The notes under the pieces: model-generated
The model's input: only the letters and a program-made list of their open reading frames with translations
The model's database searches: none
Told to the model about the DNA's origin: nothing
NCBI GenBank assembly: GCA_041660065.1
Contig: JBAZXC010000001.1
Coordinates: forward strand, 328,535 to 392,534
Source of the DNA: Parcubacteria group bacterium
GTDB lineage: Bacteria > Patescibacteriota > Minisyncoccia > Moranbacterales > GCA-2747515
Length of the DNA: 64,000 nucleotides
Direction of reading: 5' to 3'
Position numbers and translations under genes: made by a program
In this document: piece by piece, positions 48,561 to 58,114 of the stretch
Numbering within the stretch: position 1 is the stretch's first letter
Layout: every line of letters starts with the position of its first letter

Positions 48561-49616
48561 TTATCCAAAATAATTTTCCACCGCAAATTCAAACTGCTTC
48601 AAAAATAATTCCTTGAAATATGAAATATTATTTTGCTCATAGAATAGAAGAATCGCTTTTTTGTATTCTATTTCGTCCATGTTACGGTAAGAAAGCGGGC
48701 AAGAATCAAAGGACTGTAGAATTGCATTGCCGGATAACCGACTGGTTCGTTTATTTCCATCGACAAATGGCTGAATATAGGCAATAAGAAGCATCAGAAT
48801 AACAGCTTTCTCAAAAACATCTCCTGTTTTGTTCACAAGCTGACAGGATTTTTCTAGAGCCTCTCTGATCTGAAATTCATTGTCAAGCGGCTTGTATTTT
48901 GTCCCAGTTATTCCGACCATGGTTTTTCGCAAATTTTTGGTCACATGCAAACTATCCACTATCAGTGAGTGGATGTTTTCTATTTTGGAAACCGATACTA
49001 ACTGGAAATTTTTTCTGTTGTTCCCGATATAGTCCAGAGCCTTCTTGTGATTAAGGATCATGATCATCTCTTCCTTGGTGTGTCCCAATGCTTCTTGTTG
49101 ATTCTTAATCAGTTGTTCCGTTTCCAGAAGACTGTAGGTATTCCCTTCAATTTTTGACGACTTCCAACTGAAATCGATATTGAGTCTCTCAATTTCTTTC
49201 CTGAGAGCATCAGGAAAGATGTTTTTTATTTTGTCCCTGTAAATTTCATTCAGCTCCAGTAGCTTTTTTTTCTCAGTATCGTTAAAAATGTTTTTTAGAT
49301 GATCAAAGATATCAAAGTTAAACTTCTCCCCGATATCCCGCTGATCGGCATCAGTAGCAAAATACTTTTCGATATCGATTTTCTTAAGTATAGAGTATTG
49401 AGGAGATAATTGATAAATAACTGCCCGCCCGGCTCCCTGCCTCCCAATAAGATTGAGTTCAAGCATTTTCTCCAAATCTCTGGAAATAGTAATTCTGGTC
49501 ACTTCTCCAATGCTTTCTTGAACATGTGCAAGTATCTGCCCAATAGAGGCAGTTTTATTGATCTCAATAAAGACTAAAATGGCATCTTGCCTTTTGTTTA
49601 ACTTGTTGTCTACCAT
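48561..49616 (-). CDS. Fic family protein with an N-terminal DeoR-like HTH
   Basis: TRITISRDL HTH; SSKIEGN inhibitory motif; QPFVDGNKRTSR Fic motif with H replaced by Q. Confidence 0.88.
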   Translation of the reverse strand: MVDNKLNKRQDAILVFIEINKTASIGQILAHVQESIGEVTRITISRDLEKMLELNLIGRQGAGRAVIYQLSPQYSILKKIDIEKYFATDADQRDIGEKFNFDIFDHLKNIFNDTEKKKLLELNEIYRDKIKNIFPDALRKEIERLNIDFSWKSSKIEGNTYSLLETEQLIKNQQEALGHTKEEMIMILNHKKALDYIGNNRKNFQLVSVSKIENIHSLIVDSLHVTKNLRKTMVGITGTKYKPLDNEFQIREALEKSCQLVNKTGDVFEKAVILMLLIAYIQPFVDGNKRTSRLSGNAILQSFDSCPLSYRNMDEIEYKKAILLFYEQNNISYFKELFLKQFEFAVENYFG

Positions 49617-49800
49617 ATTTTTATATCATTTTTATGCCATAATTGTATCATTTATGATACAGAAAGTCAACACGCATGTCCCTAATTTAATATCAGTTCG
49701 TGGGCTTGACTTCCGATACAAAATATGCTATAATACACGGTTGTCATTAGTTGGCACAAAAACAGTTATTTAATTCAAAAAATAGACGAGGAGAGAAACA

Positions 49801-50661
49801 ATGAAGACTACATCAAAGAATTTTCGTTTGCTGTTTGCATTTTTATTTGCAATGACAATCACCTTCACCTCAAGCGCCACTATGGCCACAGAGGATGAGG
49901 ATGATGTTGCAGATGATGCTGTAGTATCGTCCCAAGATGTCGGCGCTGTGCCTACATCAACAGAAGATGCCGAGGAAGAAACAGCACCTCAACCAACTGA
50001 TGCGCAAGCATCTGATGAGCAGGAGGAAGCGACCGGTCTTTCGGTAAGCGGTGACGTGACAGTTGCCACGATGAACGTGGACGCACTGTCAGGCGAGAAG
50101 TTATCGTCTCACATCACCATCGCGCCGACCGTGATCGTGAGCTACGACGATTTTTATGCAAGTGCCACGCTGACCACGGAGGACTTCGACAAGAGGTTTT
50201 CCGACAACACAGCAAATTCCGTTCAGATTTCTGTCGGCATGGAAAAAGAGTTTGCCGGCATCACGTTTGACGGTGGTATGGGCTTCTTAGATACTCAGAA
50301 TTCCGCAGGAGACTTCTGGTGTATCTACCTCAACGCCGAAATGAAGGAATTAGCAATAATTCCTTACATCAAGGTAGAAGTAGACATCCCTACCAACAAA
50401 GAGATCACCGAAGGCGGCTTCCTATACAGGTTTGGTGGGAAGTACGCCTGGAATGAGATCCTGTTCGATCTGTCAGTTGCAGGTCATGATGGCGCTTATG
50501 GCTACAAGCCCCAAGCGCTCAGCTCAGGACTCCTCTCCGTTTCTAGAGAGTTCACTCTCTGGGGACAAAAGATCATCCCGTCAGTAAACATTCAAAAAAC
50601 ATTTGACACCGATGGGATCGCGGAAGATCTCGTGTGGTTAAACCTGCAAGTCAAGTTCTAA
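49801..50661 (+). CDS. Secreted beta-strand protein, putative porin-like beta-barrel
   Basis: Signal peptide, acidic linker, alternating beta-strand pattern, C-terminal WLNLQVKF; strong promoter TTGACT-17-TATAAT and SD. Confidence 0.6.
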   Translation: MKTTSKNFRLLFAFLFAMTITFTSSATMATEDEDDVADDAVVSSQDVGAVPTSTEDAEEETAPQPTDAQASDEQEEATGLSVSGDVTVATMNVDALSGEKLSSHITIAPTVIVSYDDFYASATLTTEDFDKRFSDNTANSVQISVGMEKEFAGITFDGGMGFLDTQNSAGDFWCIYLNAEMKELAIIPYIKVEVDIPTNKEITEGGFLYRFGGKYAWNEILFDLSVAGHDGAYGYKPQALSSGLLSVSREFTLWGQKIIPSVNIQKTFDTDGIAEDLVWLNLQVKF

Positions 50662-50685
50662 CCAACCGACTGCTCTCCTCGCACA

Positions 50686-50722
50686 AAAAGACCGGCTGAC
50701 AGCAATTGTCATCCGGTTTTTC
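50686..50722 (+). terminator. Intrinsic terminator
   Basis: ACCGGCTGACA/TGTCATCCGGT plus T-run. Confidence 0.65.
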
Positions 50723-50728
50723 ATTTTT

Positions 50729-50763
50729 TAAATCTCCCTCAGTCCCTCTTTACAAAAGAGGGA
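50729..50763 (+). repeat. Palindromic repeat of the family inserted in lepA
   Basis: TAAATCTCCCTCAGTCCCTCTTTACAAAAGAGGGA. Confidence 0.6.
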
Positions 50764-50797
50764 TATTTTAAATCTCAAATCAGATTTCCTACTTTCT

Positions 50798-50831
50798 ATT
50801 TACCAGTCCGTAGCTTTAGCGAAGGATGGCT
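50798..50831. repeat. 34-bp dispersed palindromic repeat, copy C
   Basis: Identical to 18886-18919; followed by CTACCAAT-type short tandem repeats. Confidence 0.85.
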
Positions 50832-50879
50832 CTACCAATCTACTAATCTACCAGTCTAAATGTCTACCAATCTAACAAA

Positions 50880-52616
50880 CTACACTCCCGTATGTTGCAA
50901 TTCGTGGAGTTTTTTGTATACACCACCGTGACGGATGAGCTCATTGTGGTCACCGCGTTCAATGATGCGCCCGTTGTCTACCACGAGGATCATATCCGCT
51001 TTACGCACCGTGCTCAGTCGGTGCGCGATCACGATCGTCGTGCGTCCGCGCATCACTTCTTCCATTGCATCTTGAATGTATTTTTCTGACTCACTATCGA
51101 GTGCACTTGTTGCTTCATCGAGGATAAGGATCCGCGGATCGCGCAAGATCGCACGCGCGATCGACAAACGCTGGCGTTGACCGGCAGACAGTTTGGCACC
51201 GCGATCTCCGATCAATGTGTCGTAATTTTTGGGCAGTTTGTGCACGAACTCATGGCAATGCGCCTTGCGTGCGACACGTAAAATTTCATCCGGTCGCGCG
51301 CTCTTGCGTGAATATGTGATATTGCTTTTGATCGAGTCGTGAAACAGTCCATTCTCCTGCGACACGATCGCGATCTGGCGGCGCAAGTCTTCCAATCTGA
51401 TGTTGCGTACATCGATCCCATCAATGCGCACTGCACCCTCTGTCGGTATGAGAAAACGCGGGATCAGATCCACGAGCGTCGTCTTGCCTTGTCCGCTCTT
51501 CCCCACGATCGCCACCATTTGTCCCGGCTGGATCGTGAAATTCACGTCTTTCAATATCTCTCGCTCTCCATAGGAGAAATGTACATGGTCAAACTCGATC
51601 TTGCCATCGCAACGATCCATGTGCTCGGCGTGGAGATCGAGATATTTTTCCTCCGGTACGCGGTAGATCTCTTCGGCGCGCGCGATCGTGACTAGGCCTT
51701 CTTGCAATTCTTTGTAATTACTTCCAAGCGTTTGGATCGATGCGGATGCCATGTTGATATATGCCAGCAACATAATAAACTGCCCGATCGTGATCATATC
51801 CCGCGTGATAAAATACAACCCTGTAAGAAAAAGCAAAAGGAATCCTGTAGAAAAAACCACATGCTGCCAAAACTGCAATTTCATGAGAAATCCTGTGTAA
51901 CGATCGAATTGACGATAGATCTTCTCATATTTTTCACAGTTTTGCAGGTATTCCGCTTCCTCCGTGCCATGTGCTTTGATCACAAACACGTTTGGCGTAC
52001 GTTCAAATACGTCGCCGTAGATATCTTCCAGTTTTTCACTGATATCCTCGTTATACGTAATGATCGGCTTTGTCTTGATGATCGTGATAATGATAAACAC
52101 GCCCACAAACACAAGATAAATTAACGCCAACTCCCACCGAATCCACATGATCACACAAAAGGCCAAAAATGATGTGAGAATATGTGGCGCACTCTGTAAT
52201 ACGCCATCATTGATCACACGATCCATATATGCGTCAGCACGATCAAATCTCTCGATATATTCCCCCGTCTTATTTTCCCTGTGAAATGACAATGGGAGAC
52301 GGATCAAGTGGCGCACATATCGCGTGAACATATCAATGCCAATTTTATAACCGATCCGCACACCCCACCGCACACGCATACGCATCGCCCATTCACTCAC
52401 GAGACTGAGGATATACCATCCACCGATAAGGACGAGTACGATCAGAGAAAAACTCTTCTCTCCGACCACGATGTCTATCGACTTTCCATAAAGAAGTGGC
52501 AGGATCAATTGGATGCCATTTTCCACAAGCACAAAAAGCAAGGCCACTACAAACATCTTTTTGTGCGGTTGAATATACTTTTTGATCGTTGAAAAATGTG
52601 TTTTTACATAACTCAT
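50880..52616 (-). CDS. ABC exporter with fused TMD and NBD (MsbA/Sav1866-like)
   Basis: 6 TM; GKSGQGKTT, LSAGQRQR, ILDEATSALD, IAHRLST. Confidence 0.95.
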   Translation of the reverse strand: MSYVKTHFSTIKKYIQPHKKMFVVALLFVLVENGIQLILPLLYGKSIDIVVGEKSFSLIVLVLIGGWYILSLVSEWAMRMRVRWGVRIGYKIGIDMFTRYVRHLIRLPLSFHRENKTGEYIERFDRADAYMDRVINDGVLQSAPHILTSFLAFCVIMWIRWELALIYLVFVGVFIIITIIKTKPIITYNEDISEKLEDIYGDVFERTPNVFVIKAHGTEEAEYLQNCEKYEKIYRQFDRYTGFLMKLQFWQHVVFSTGFLLLFLTGLYFITRDMITIGQFIMLLAYINMASASIQTLGSNYKELQEGLVTIARAEEIYRVPEEKYLDLHAEHMDRCDGKIEFDHVHFSYGEREILKDVNFTIQPGQMVAIVGKSGQGKTTLVDLIPRFLIPTEGAVRIDGIDVRNIRLEDLRRQIAIVSQENGLFHDSIKSNITYSRKSARPDEILRVARKAHCHEFVHKLPKNYDTLIGDRGAKLSAGQRQRLSIARAILRDPRILILDEATSALDSESEKYIQDAMEEVMRGRTTIVIAHRLSTVRKADMILVVDNGRIIERGDHNELIRHGGVYKKLHELQHTGV

Positions 52617-52642
52617 AAGAAAATACTTTCTTGAGTATTGTT

Positions 52643-53410
52643 TTATTTTTTTATTCCAAAGAGAAATGAATCTCGTTCACCATAGCTCGGGATCATAATA
52701 TCAGAACGTGTGACATCAGTAAAATATTCTTCAAAAATACCTTGTAACAATAGGGCTGCATCAACGTACTTATCACGATCAACATCAGTGTCTCCAGCCT
52801 GAAATGCCACCCATCCCCCGGTTTTTACAACTTTATGCGTCAATGCAATCACCTTTCTGTAAAATTCTGTAAATTCAGCCTTTTCTTCTTCAGTAATCGG
52901 CTCTCCTGTAAAATCACAAACGAGTCCGTCATAAAGTTCCTTTCCCTCTTTTACGGCATTTTCCATGTATACCAATCCATCCCCTATATGCAAATGTAAT
53001 CGCGGATCATCAAAAACCTTTTGTTCCAAAAATTCTTTGGCACAATAAATGATCTCGGGATCCAATTCTGCCAGATCAATTTGCAACTGCGGATTCTGTG
53101 TCAACGCCTCCTGCGCAACATATCCATCACCGCCTCCCAAAATCGCCAATGATCGATCTTCCGGTCGCAATAGCGTAAGAATCTCCTTATCATACAAATG
53201 ATGATCACTTTCTGCTGTCTGCATGCACTTATTGATTATCAAACAACGTCCAAACTCTTTTGTATCAATTACCATAATATCCTGAAATTCAGACTTTTTA
53301 TCATAAAAAATCTCTTTGACTCCAATTGTCATATTCTCTCCGGTTTCAAAAATCGGCAAGGTGATTGATTGGATATTCTCATTCTCTCCTTTCGTCTTCA
53401 TTTTTTCCAT
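52643..53410 (-). CDS. speE: Spermidine synthase-like aminopropyltransferase
   Basis: KSEFQDI...FGRCL, ILGGGDG, AELD, IGDG, IPSYG. Confidence 0.8.
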   Translation of the reverse strand: MEKMKTKGENENIQSITLPIFETGENMTIGVKEIFYDKKSEFQDIMVIDTKEFGRCLIINKCMQTAESDHHLYDKEILTLLRPEDRSLAILGGGDGYVAQEALTQNPQLQIDLAELDPEIIYCAKEFLEQKVFDDPRLHLHIGDGLVYMENAVKEGKELYDGLVCDFTGEPITEEEKAEFTEFYRKVIALTHKVVKTGGWVAFQAGDTDVDRDKYVDAALLLQGIFEEYFTDVTRSDIMIPSYGERDSFLFGIKK

Positions 53411-53448
53411 ATTTTTTATAATAATATTTATGCTATATATCTAATACA

Positions 53449-54576
53449 TTATTTCTTTGCAAAAAGAAATGCGTGATTTGTGCCAAAACTCGGGACAAAA
53501 ACATCGCTTTGCTCGATATCTTTCCATGACTTTTCCTGTAATATTTCCTTTACGATTGAGACTGCGTCGACAGTTTCCACTGAAACTGTTGATGCACCGG
53601 CCTGAATCGCGATCCATCCCCCATCTGTCAATTTCTCATACGCCAGATCGCACGCTTCATCATAAAACGCAGAAAACTCCTCCCCATCCTCGCGACCGAT
53701 CGGCTTGTCAGTAAGATCAAAGATGATACCGTCATAATTTTTGTCCGTTGTTTTGAGATAATGCAACGCATCCGCAATATGCAACTGCGCTTGTTCATTG
53801 CAAAAAACATCTTGTCCGAGATGCCGCTCGCACGCTCGCACCACTTCCACATCCAGATCCACCACATCCACCCGCACTTTTGATTGTGGGTTTTCTGCAA
53901 GCACGCGCCCTGTAATATATCCATCACCACCACCAAGAATCAAGATATTTTTATCTTCCGGCCGTAATTTTTTGATCATCTCTCGATCATACAGATAATG
54001 ATCTTTTTCCGCCGCTTGCATCATATTGTCAATGATCAGACATTTGCCAAATTCCTTTGTATCCACGATCATGATCTTTTGCAAAGCTGTTTCGACCTCG
54101 ACAATATCTTGCACCACATCCACATACATCAATTCTCCCGTACTGAAAACCGGTAAAGCCATGCGATATTTCTCAAATGAACACCCTTGTCTCTCCACGA
54201 TCGCACCACCCTTTCTTGCAACGCGATACCCGCGCTGGATCTTTTTTATCTCGACACATTCATACGTGATATGTTCTTTGAGATATTGCACTGCTCGTTC
54301 TGTTTCTGCTTCTATCGCGCATGTAAACACATCGCACACCACATAATTGTTTTCTGGCCATGTATGGATGGAGATATGCGATGACGACAACAACAAATAC
54401 CCCGTGATACCCTGCGGTTCAAATTCAAAGAAAAAATCATGCAACGATTCCATCGTTGTCCCCTCAATTGACGCATGAAGTACCTGCTTCCAAAAATTCA
54501 CATCATTGATCTGCTCGATATCACACCCAAAAAACTCAATAAGAAAATGAAACCCGTCCGGTTTACTGTTAAACAT
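53449..54576 (-). CDS. speD: AdoMet decarboxylase (SpeD/SpeH) fused to spermidine synthase
   Basis: FEPQGITG..LLSSSHISIHTWPE..DVFTC, then ILGGGDG aminopropyltransferase domain. Confidence 0.88.
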   Translation of the reverse strand: MFNSKPDGFHFLIEFFGCDIEQINDVNFWKQVLHASIEGTTMESLHDFFFEFEPQGITGYLLLSSSHISIHTWPENNYVVCDVFTCAIEAETERAVQYLKEHITYECVEIKKIQRGYRVARKGGAIVERQGCSFEKYRMALPVFSTGELMYVDVVQDIVEVETALQKIMIVDTKEFGKCLIIDNMMQAAEKDHYLYDREMIKKLRPEDKNILILGGGDGYITGRVLAENPQSKVRVDVVDLDVEVVRACERHLGQDVFCNEQAQLHIADALHYLKTTDKNYDGIIFDLTDKPIGREDGEEFSAFYDEACDLAYEKLTDGGWIAIQAGASTVSVETVDAVSIVKEILQEKSWKDIEQSDVFVPSFGTNHAFLFAKK

Positions 54577-54639
54577 ATTGCGTCATCATCACATATTACA
54601 CATAAAATCTCTGCACTATACCATCAAATTAAAAATATG

Positions 54640-55281
54640 TCAATCATTCGCTTCAGGAGAAACTACCATGTCCTTATCAGTCATATCTGCGCTTTCATTA
54701 TCTTCTCCTGCTTCAACACCCTCATCCGCCACTACTCCATCTTCTGCTTCAATCATTCCTCCTTCAACTACCCCTGCCTCATCAACACTTCCTTCTCCTT
54801 CCTCCAATTCTTCCTCCTCACCTTCTTCATCTTCCAGAAGAGCTTCCGGATGTTCGTTGATGTATGTCTCAGGATCACTACATGTCACTTCGTCAACTTT
54901 TGCTGTCTCCTCAGTACACGTTACCTCACCGCAATCTTCCTCCCCATCATCACATGCGAACGGATCGCAATCCGCATCATCCACATTACATTCTGGCACA
55001 TTTTTTGCCAATCGTTCCAGATGTGTATAATACCACACATCCTCTTCTGGATTGCCCGTACATTTTTCTTCCTCATCGACAGCATCCGGATCACATTCCC
55101 ATACATAACAGATCTCTACAGTCGGATCACAATCATCATGATAGACAAGTATATATCCCCGATCAATCACAAAATGCCAGTAGGAATATCCTATCCCGCC
55201 AAAGATCACCAAAAACATCATAACCACAAAACCTTTATCTTTAAGTTCCATACTATTTTTTGTTTTATCCACAAAACTCAT
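54640..55281 (-). CDS. Membrane-anchored Cys-rich protein with an acidic tail
   Basis: N-terminal TM, about 10 Cys, E/D-rich C-terminus. Confidence 0.7.
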   Translation of the reverse strand: MSFVDKTKNSMELKDKGFVVMMFLVIFGGIGYSYWHFVIDRGYILVYHDDCDPTVEICYVWECDPDAVDEEEKCTGNPEEDVWYYTHLERLAKNVPECNVDDADCDPFACDDGEEDCGEVTCTEETAKVDEVTCSDPETYINEHPEALLEDEEGEEEELEEGEGSVDEAGVVEGGMIEAEDGVVADEGVEAGEDNESADMTDKDMVVSPEAND

Positions 55282-55379
55282 CCTTCCGTCCGCACCAACA
55301 AACGTCTCTTCTATTGTCTATAAGTATATCATACAATGACGTCTTGTGCTTCCTGAAAAAAATTACTTCTTTATTTTGA

Positions 55380-56531
55380 TCATTTGAGATATTTGCCATA
55401 CTTTCCCGGATCATAATAACAATTCGGGTTTGGATACTCATCAGGATCCAGACAGCACTCCATATCCATATGACGACTTTTGTGTTGGTTGCTTTTGCCA
55501 GGCTTGTCATTTTTCTTATTGCAGACACGTCTCCCCGCCGAATCTTTTTTGTACGCGGCAGGTAGCGGTGCACTAATCCTTGCTACAGCAGGCCTCGGCT
55601 TGGGACGCACGACATCAATATTTGTAAACTGTGAGACCGCAGAAAAAAATTCCGGCACAACATCCGCAGTGACAACCATCGGATCAATACCATCACCTTG
55701 TGCTGTTGTGCTGACAATTGGCACGATATTGTAGATATATTGTCCTTTTACAACAGTAAAAAAGAGTGCACTCTCATAACATTCATTCATTGGTGGCACA
55801 TACATTTCTTCCGCGGGATATTCCCCCGTTTCGATCATAGATCCACTCGGCACAGCACAGAGCCCCGCCACCGAAAGATCGTTATTTTTCATCGCGGGAA
55901 ACTCATCCGTATCAGATAAATTTACCGTTTTTGCAGTATCATAGACCGCCACAGAGAAACCCACTGGCTCACTATACATATCACTATGTTTGAGAAAGTC
56001 CACGCGATATATTGCTCGCGATGTGGCATCGACTTTTTTTGTCACAACCGTCCACCCGCTTTCAGGATATTTGATCGTAAATCCGTACCATTTACTTGCA
56101 AATTCTTTCCACGCATCCGTCGGCAAAGATTCTTGGATCGTTGCAATCTCTTGAATATTATCCTCCTCAAATTGTTGCATGAGCTGCGTGTATGATTCTG
56201 AACTGATTTTGCGTTCATACGCAATGATCTCCTTTTGTGTTTGATAATAATAGATACCATACCCCACACCACAAATAACAAGCAGCAAAAAAAGACCTGT
56301 CCCGAGCCACATAACAGTTCGCCGATCGATCTTTCGAAATAATTCTTTAAAAAAATGTTTGCCTTTTTTTTGAATATTTTTATGCTGTTCTCCCTGTGCA
56401 TCATGCGTGCCATCCGTCACTCTTTTATGATCAAATCGATTATCTTTTTTCTCTTCTTGTACGACAGATCGATCTTCATGATCTTTGTTTTCTGCTATCC
56501 TCTTTTTCTTTTTTTTCTTTTTTGCGCTCAT
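55380..56531 (-). CDS. Single-pass membrane protein with an extracellular domain
   Basis: Basic N-terminus, TM, YGFTIKYP (PsbP-like start), Cys-containing C-terminus. Confidence 0.7.
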   Translation of the reverse strand: MSAKKKKKKKRIAENKDHEDRSVVQEEKKDNRFDHKRVTDGTHDAQGEQHKNIQKKGKHFFKELFRKIDRRTVMWLGTGLFLLLVICGVGYGIYYYQTQKEIIAYERKISSESYTQLMQQFEEDNIQEIATIQESLPTDAWKEFASKWYGFTIKYPESGWTVVTKKVDATSRAIYRVDFLKHSDMYSEPVGFSVAVYDTAKTVNLSDTDEFPAMKNNDLSVAGLCAVPSGSMIETGEYPAEEMYVPPMNECYESALFFTVVKGQYIYNIVPIVSTTAQGDGIDPMVVTADVVPEFFSAVSQFTNIDVVRPKPRPAVARISAPLPAAYKKDSAGRRVCNKKNDKPGKSNQHKSRHMDMECCLDPDEYPNPNCYYDPGKYGKYLK

Positions 56532-56614
56532 AAAAAAATCGAGAAATTTAATATCTACCTCATAATATCATGTGTTTCAAACACTGGTCAAACAACACGG
56601 AAGATCCTCAAAAA

Positions 56615-57202
56615 CTACATCCCTAATTCATCACCGATGCCCTGCAATGCCGTCAAACTCAGTGTCAAAAATTCATCCAATGGGATTCCCGCATCTTCAC
56701 ACTCCTTGATGATCGCGCGATCACAGCGTGCCGCAAAAGACTTTGTCTTGAATTTTTTCTTGAGCGACTTTGCGCTCACACTTGCCAATTTTTTGTCCGG
56801 TTGCATCAGTGCTGAAGCGATCACGAGTCCTGTCACTGTCTCAGCAGCGGCAAGACTGTGTTGGATGCGTGTCGTGCGTTTTTGATCGGTAAGCGCAGGA
56901 ATTGATGCATTGGCATATCCATGCGAGATAATCGTCGTAATAAGAAATTCCGTCGCTCCCGCATCGCGCAAAATCTCTTGACACATGACACAATGTTGCG
57001 CTGGCTCATTTTTGGTCTGATCCCAATCGATATCGTGCAACAGTCCGGCAATGCCCCACACATCTTCATCTTCCCCAAAATGTCGCGCCAGCGCGCGCAT
57101 GACTTCTTCCGACTCCCGCAAATGCAATCGCGTTACAGGATCAGTAATATATCGATCCACCAATTGCATCGCCCCTTCCCTCGTAATCCCAATATTCTCC
57201 AT
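56615..57202 (-). CDS. HDIG-domain metal-dependent phosphohydrolase
   Basis: H...E..MRALA, GLLHDID, KSFAA...R. Confidence 0.9.
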   Translation of the reverse strand: MENIGITREGAMQLVDRYITDPVTRLHLRESEEVMRALARHFGEDEDVWGIAGLLHDIDWDQTKNEPAQHCVMCQEILRDAGATEFLITTIISHGYANASIPALTDQKRTTRIQHSLAAAETVTGLVIASALMQPDKKLASVSAKSLKKKFKTKSFAARCDRAIIKECEDAGIPLDEFLTLSLTALQGIGDELGM

Positions 57203-57341
57203 AAAAAATCCTCCTAAAAAAATTACGTATGTTTTTGTGTGTATAATTTATGTCTTGTTTTTATTGTATCACGATATGTGTTGTAAATAAAAGAACGGGA
57301 ATACACAGCATTATGTGCATTCCCGATATTTGCTCTTGTTG

Positions 57342-57836
57342 TCATACAGATCGTTTTTTGCCCTCCTTCCATGTGATCTTAACAACCATTTGTTTTTGTC
57401 TTCCCCACTTTTTTGCCTTTTTACTTGCAATCTTGCCTTTGCCACAGTAGAGATCCAAGCGATTACCTTTGATCGCACCACCGCGATCAGCAGTAACACC
57501 TGCTCCATACCCCGGCACGATCCAAACCGTTCCATAAGGAACATTTGGACCGGCGGCAATTGTCCCAAACGTTGTTTCCGTGGGAATTTGTGGGATGACA
57601 CCCGTACTCGTCTTTTTTCCTTTCCCATTGAGGGCGACGAGCTTGTGATAGTTCTTTTGCTCTGGCACCGGCGTAATATATGCCGTTGTCCTTACCGGAA
57701 CCATTTCGATACGTACAGGCACATGCTGCGTGACAAATCGCTGCACATCTGCTACAACAGGATACTCGTACGAAAAGTGTGTAAGAAGCAAAAATAACGT
57801 TAACAAAACAACCTCCTTGTGTTTGTGTATGCACAT
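57342..57836 (-). CDS. 3D-domain (MltA-like) protein
   Basis: TTAY, IAA...PYGT..VPGYG...[15 protein letters not shown]...WGR. Confidence 0.85.
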   Translation of the reverse strand: MCIHKHKEVVLLTLFLLLTHFSYEYPVVADVQRFVTQHVPVRIEMVPVRTTAYITPVPEQKNYHKLVALNGKGKKTSTGVIPQIPTETTFGTIAAGPNVPYGTVWIVPGYGAGVTADRGGAIKGNRLDLYCGKGKIASKKAKKWGRQKQMVVKITWKEGKKRSV

Positions 57837-58114
57837 TATTGCATACGTTGATATATAAAGAACAAAAAAACAGGTCCTACTAAATCTAGGGCTAGTTATA
57901 TAACAGACGACAAAAGACGTGGTGTCTTTTATTCATCATCATTGGTTAGTACGACAAAAAGTCGCTTTTTCTTTCATTCTTCCAAAGATTTCATTCTGTG
58001 ATACCATTATACTTTATAATAAAATTTCTGTCAATCATTCTCAATTATTTTTAATTTAAAAAACGACATATCCAATATGTGAATATGTCGTCTCATTGAT
58101 TTCCTTGGATCATT

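Noticed and set aside
54475-55323. Plus-strand Ser- or Phe-rich ORFs of 150-282 aa
   Set aside because: Reverse-complement artefact of the Glu/Asp-rich gene at 54640-55281
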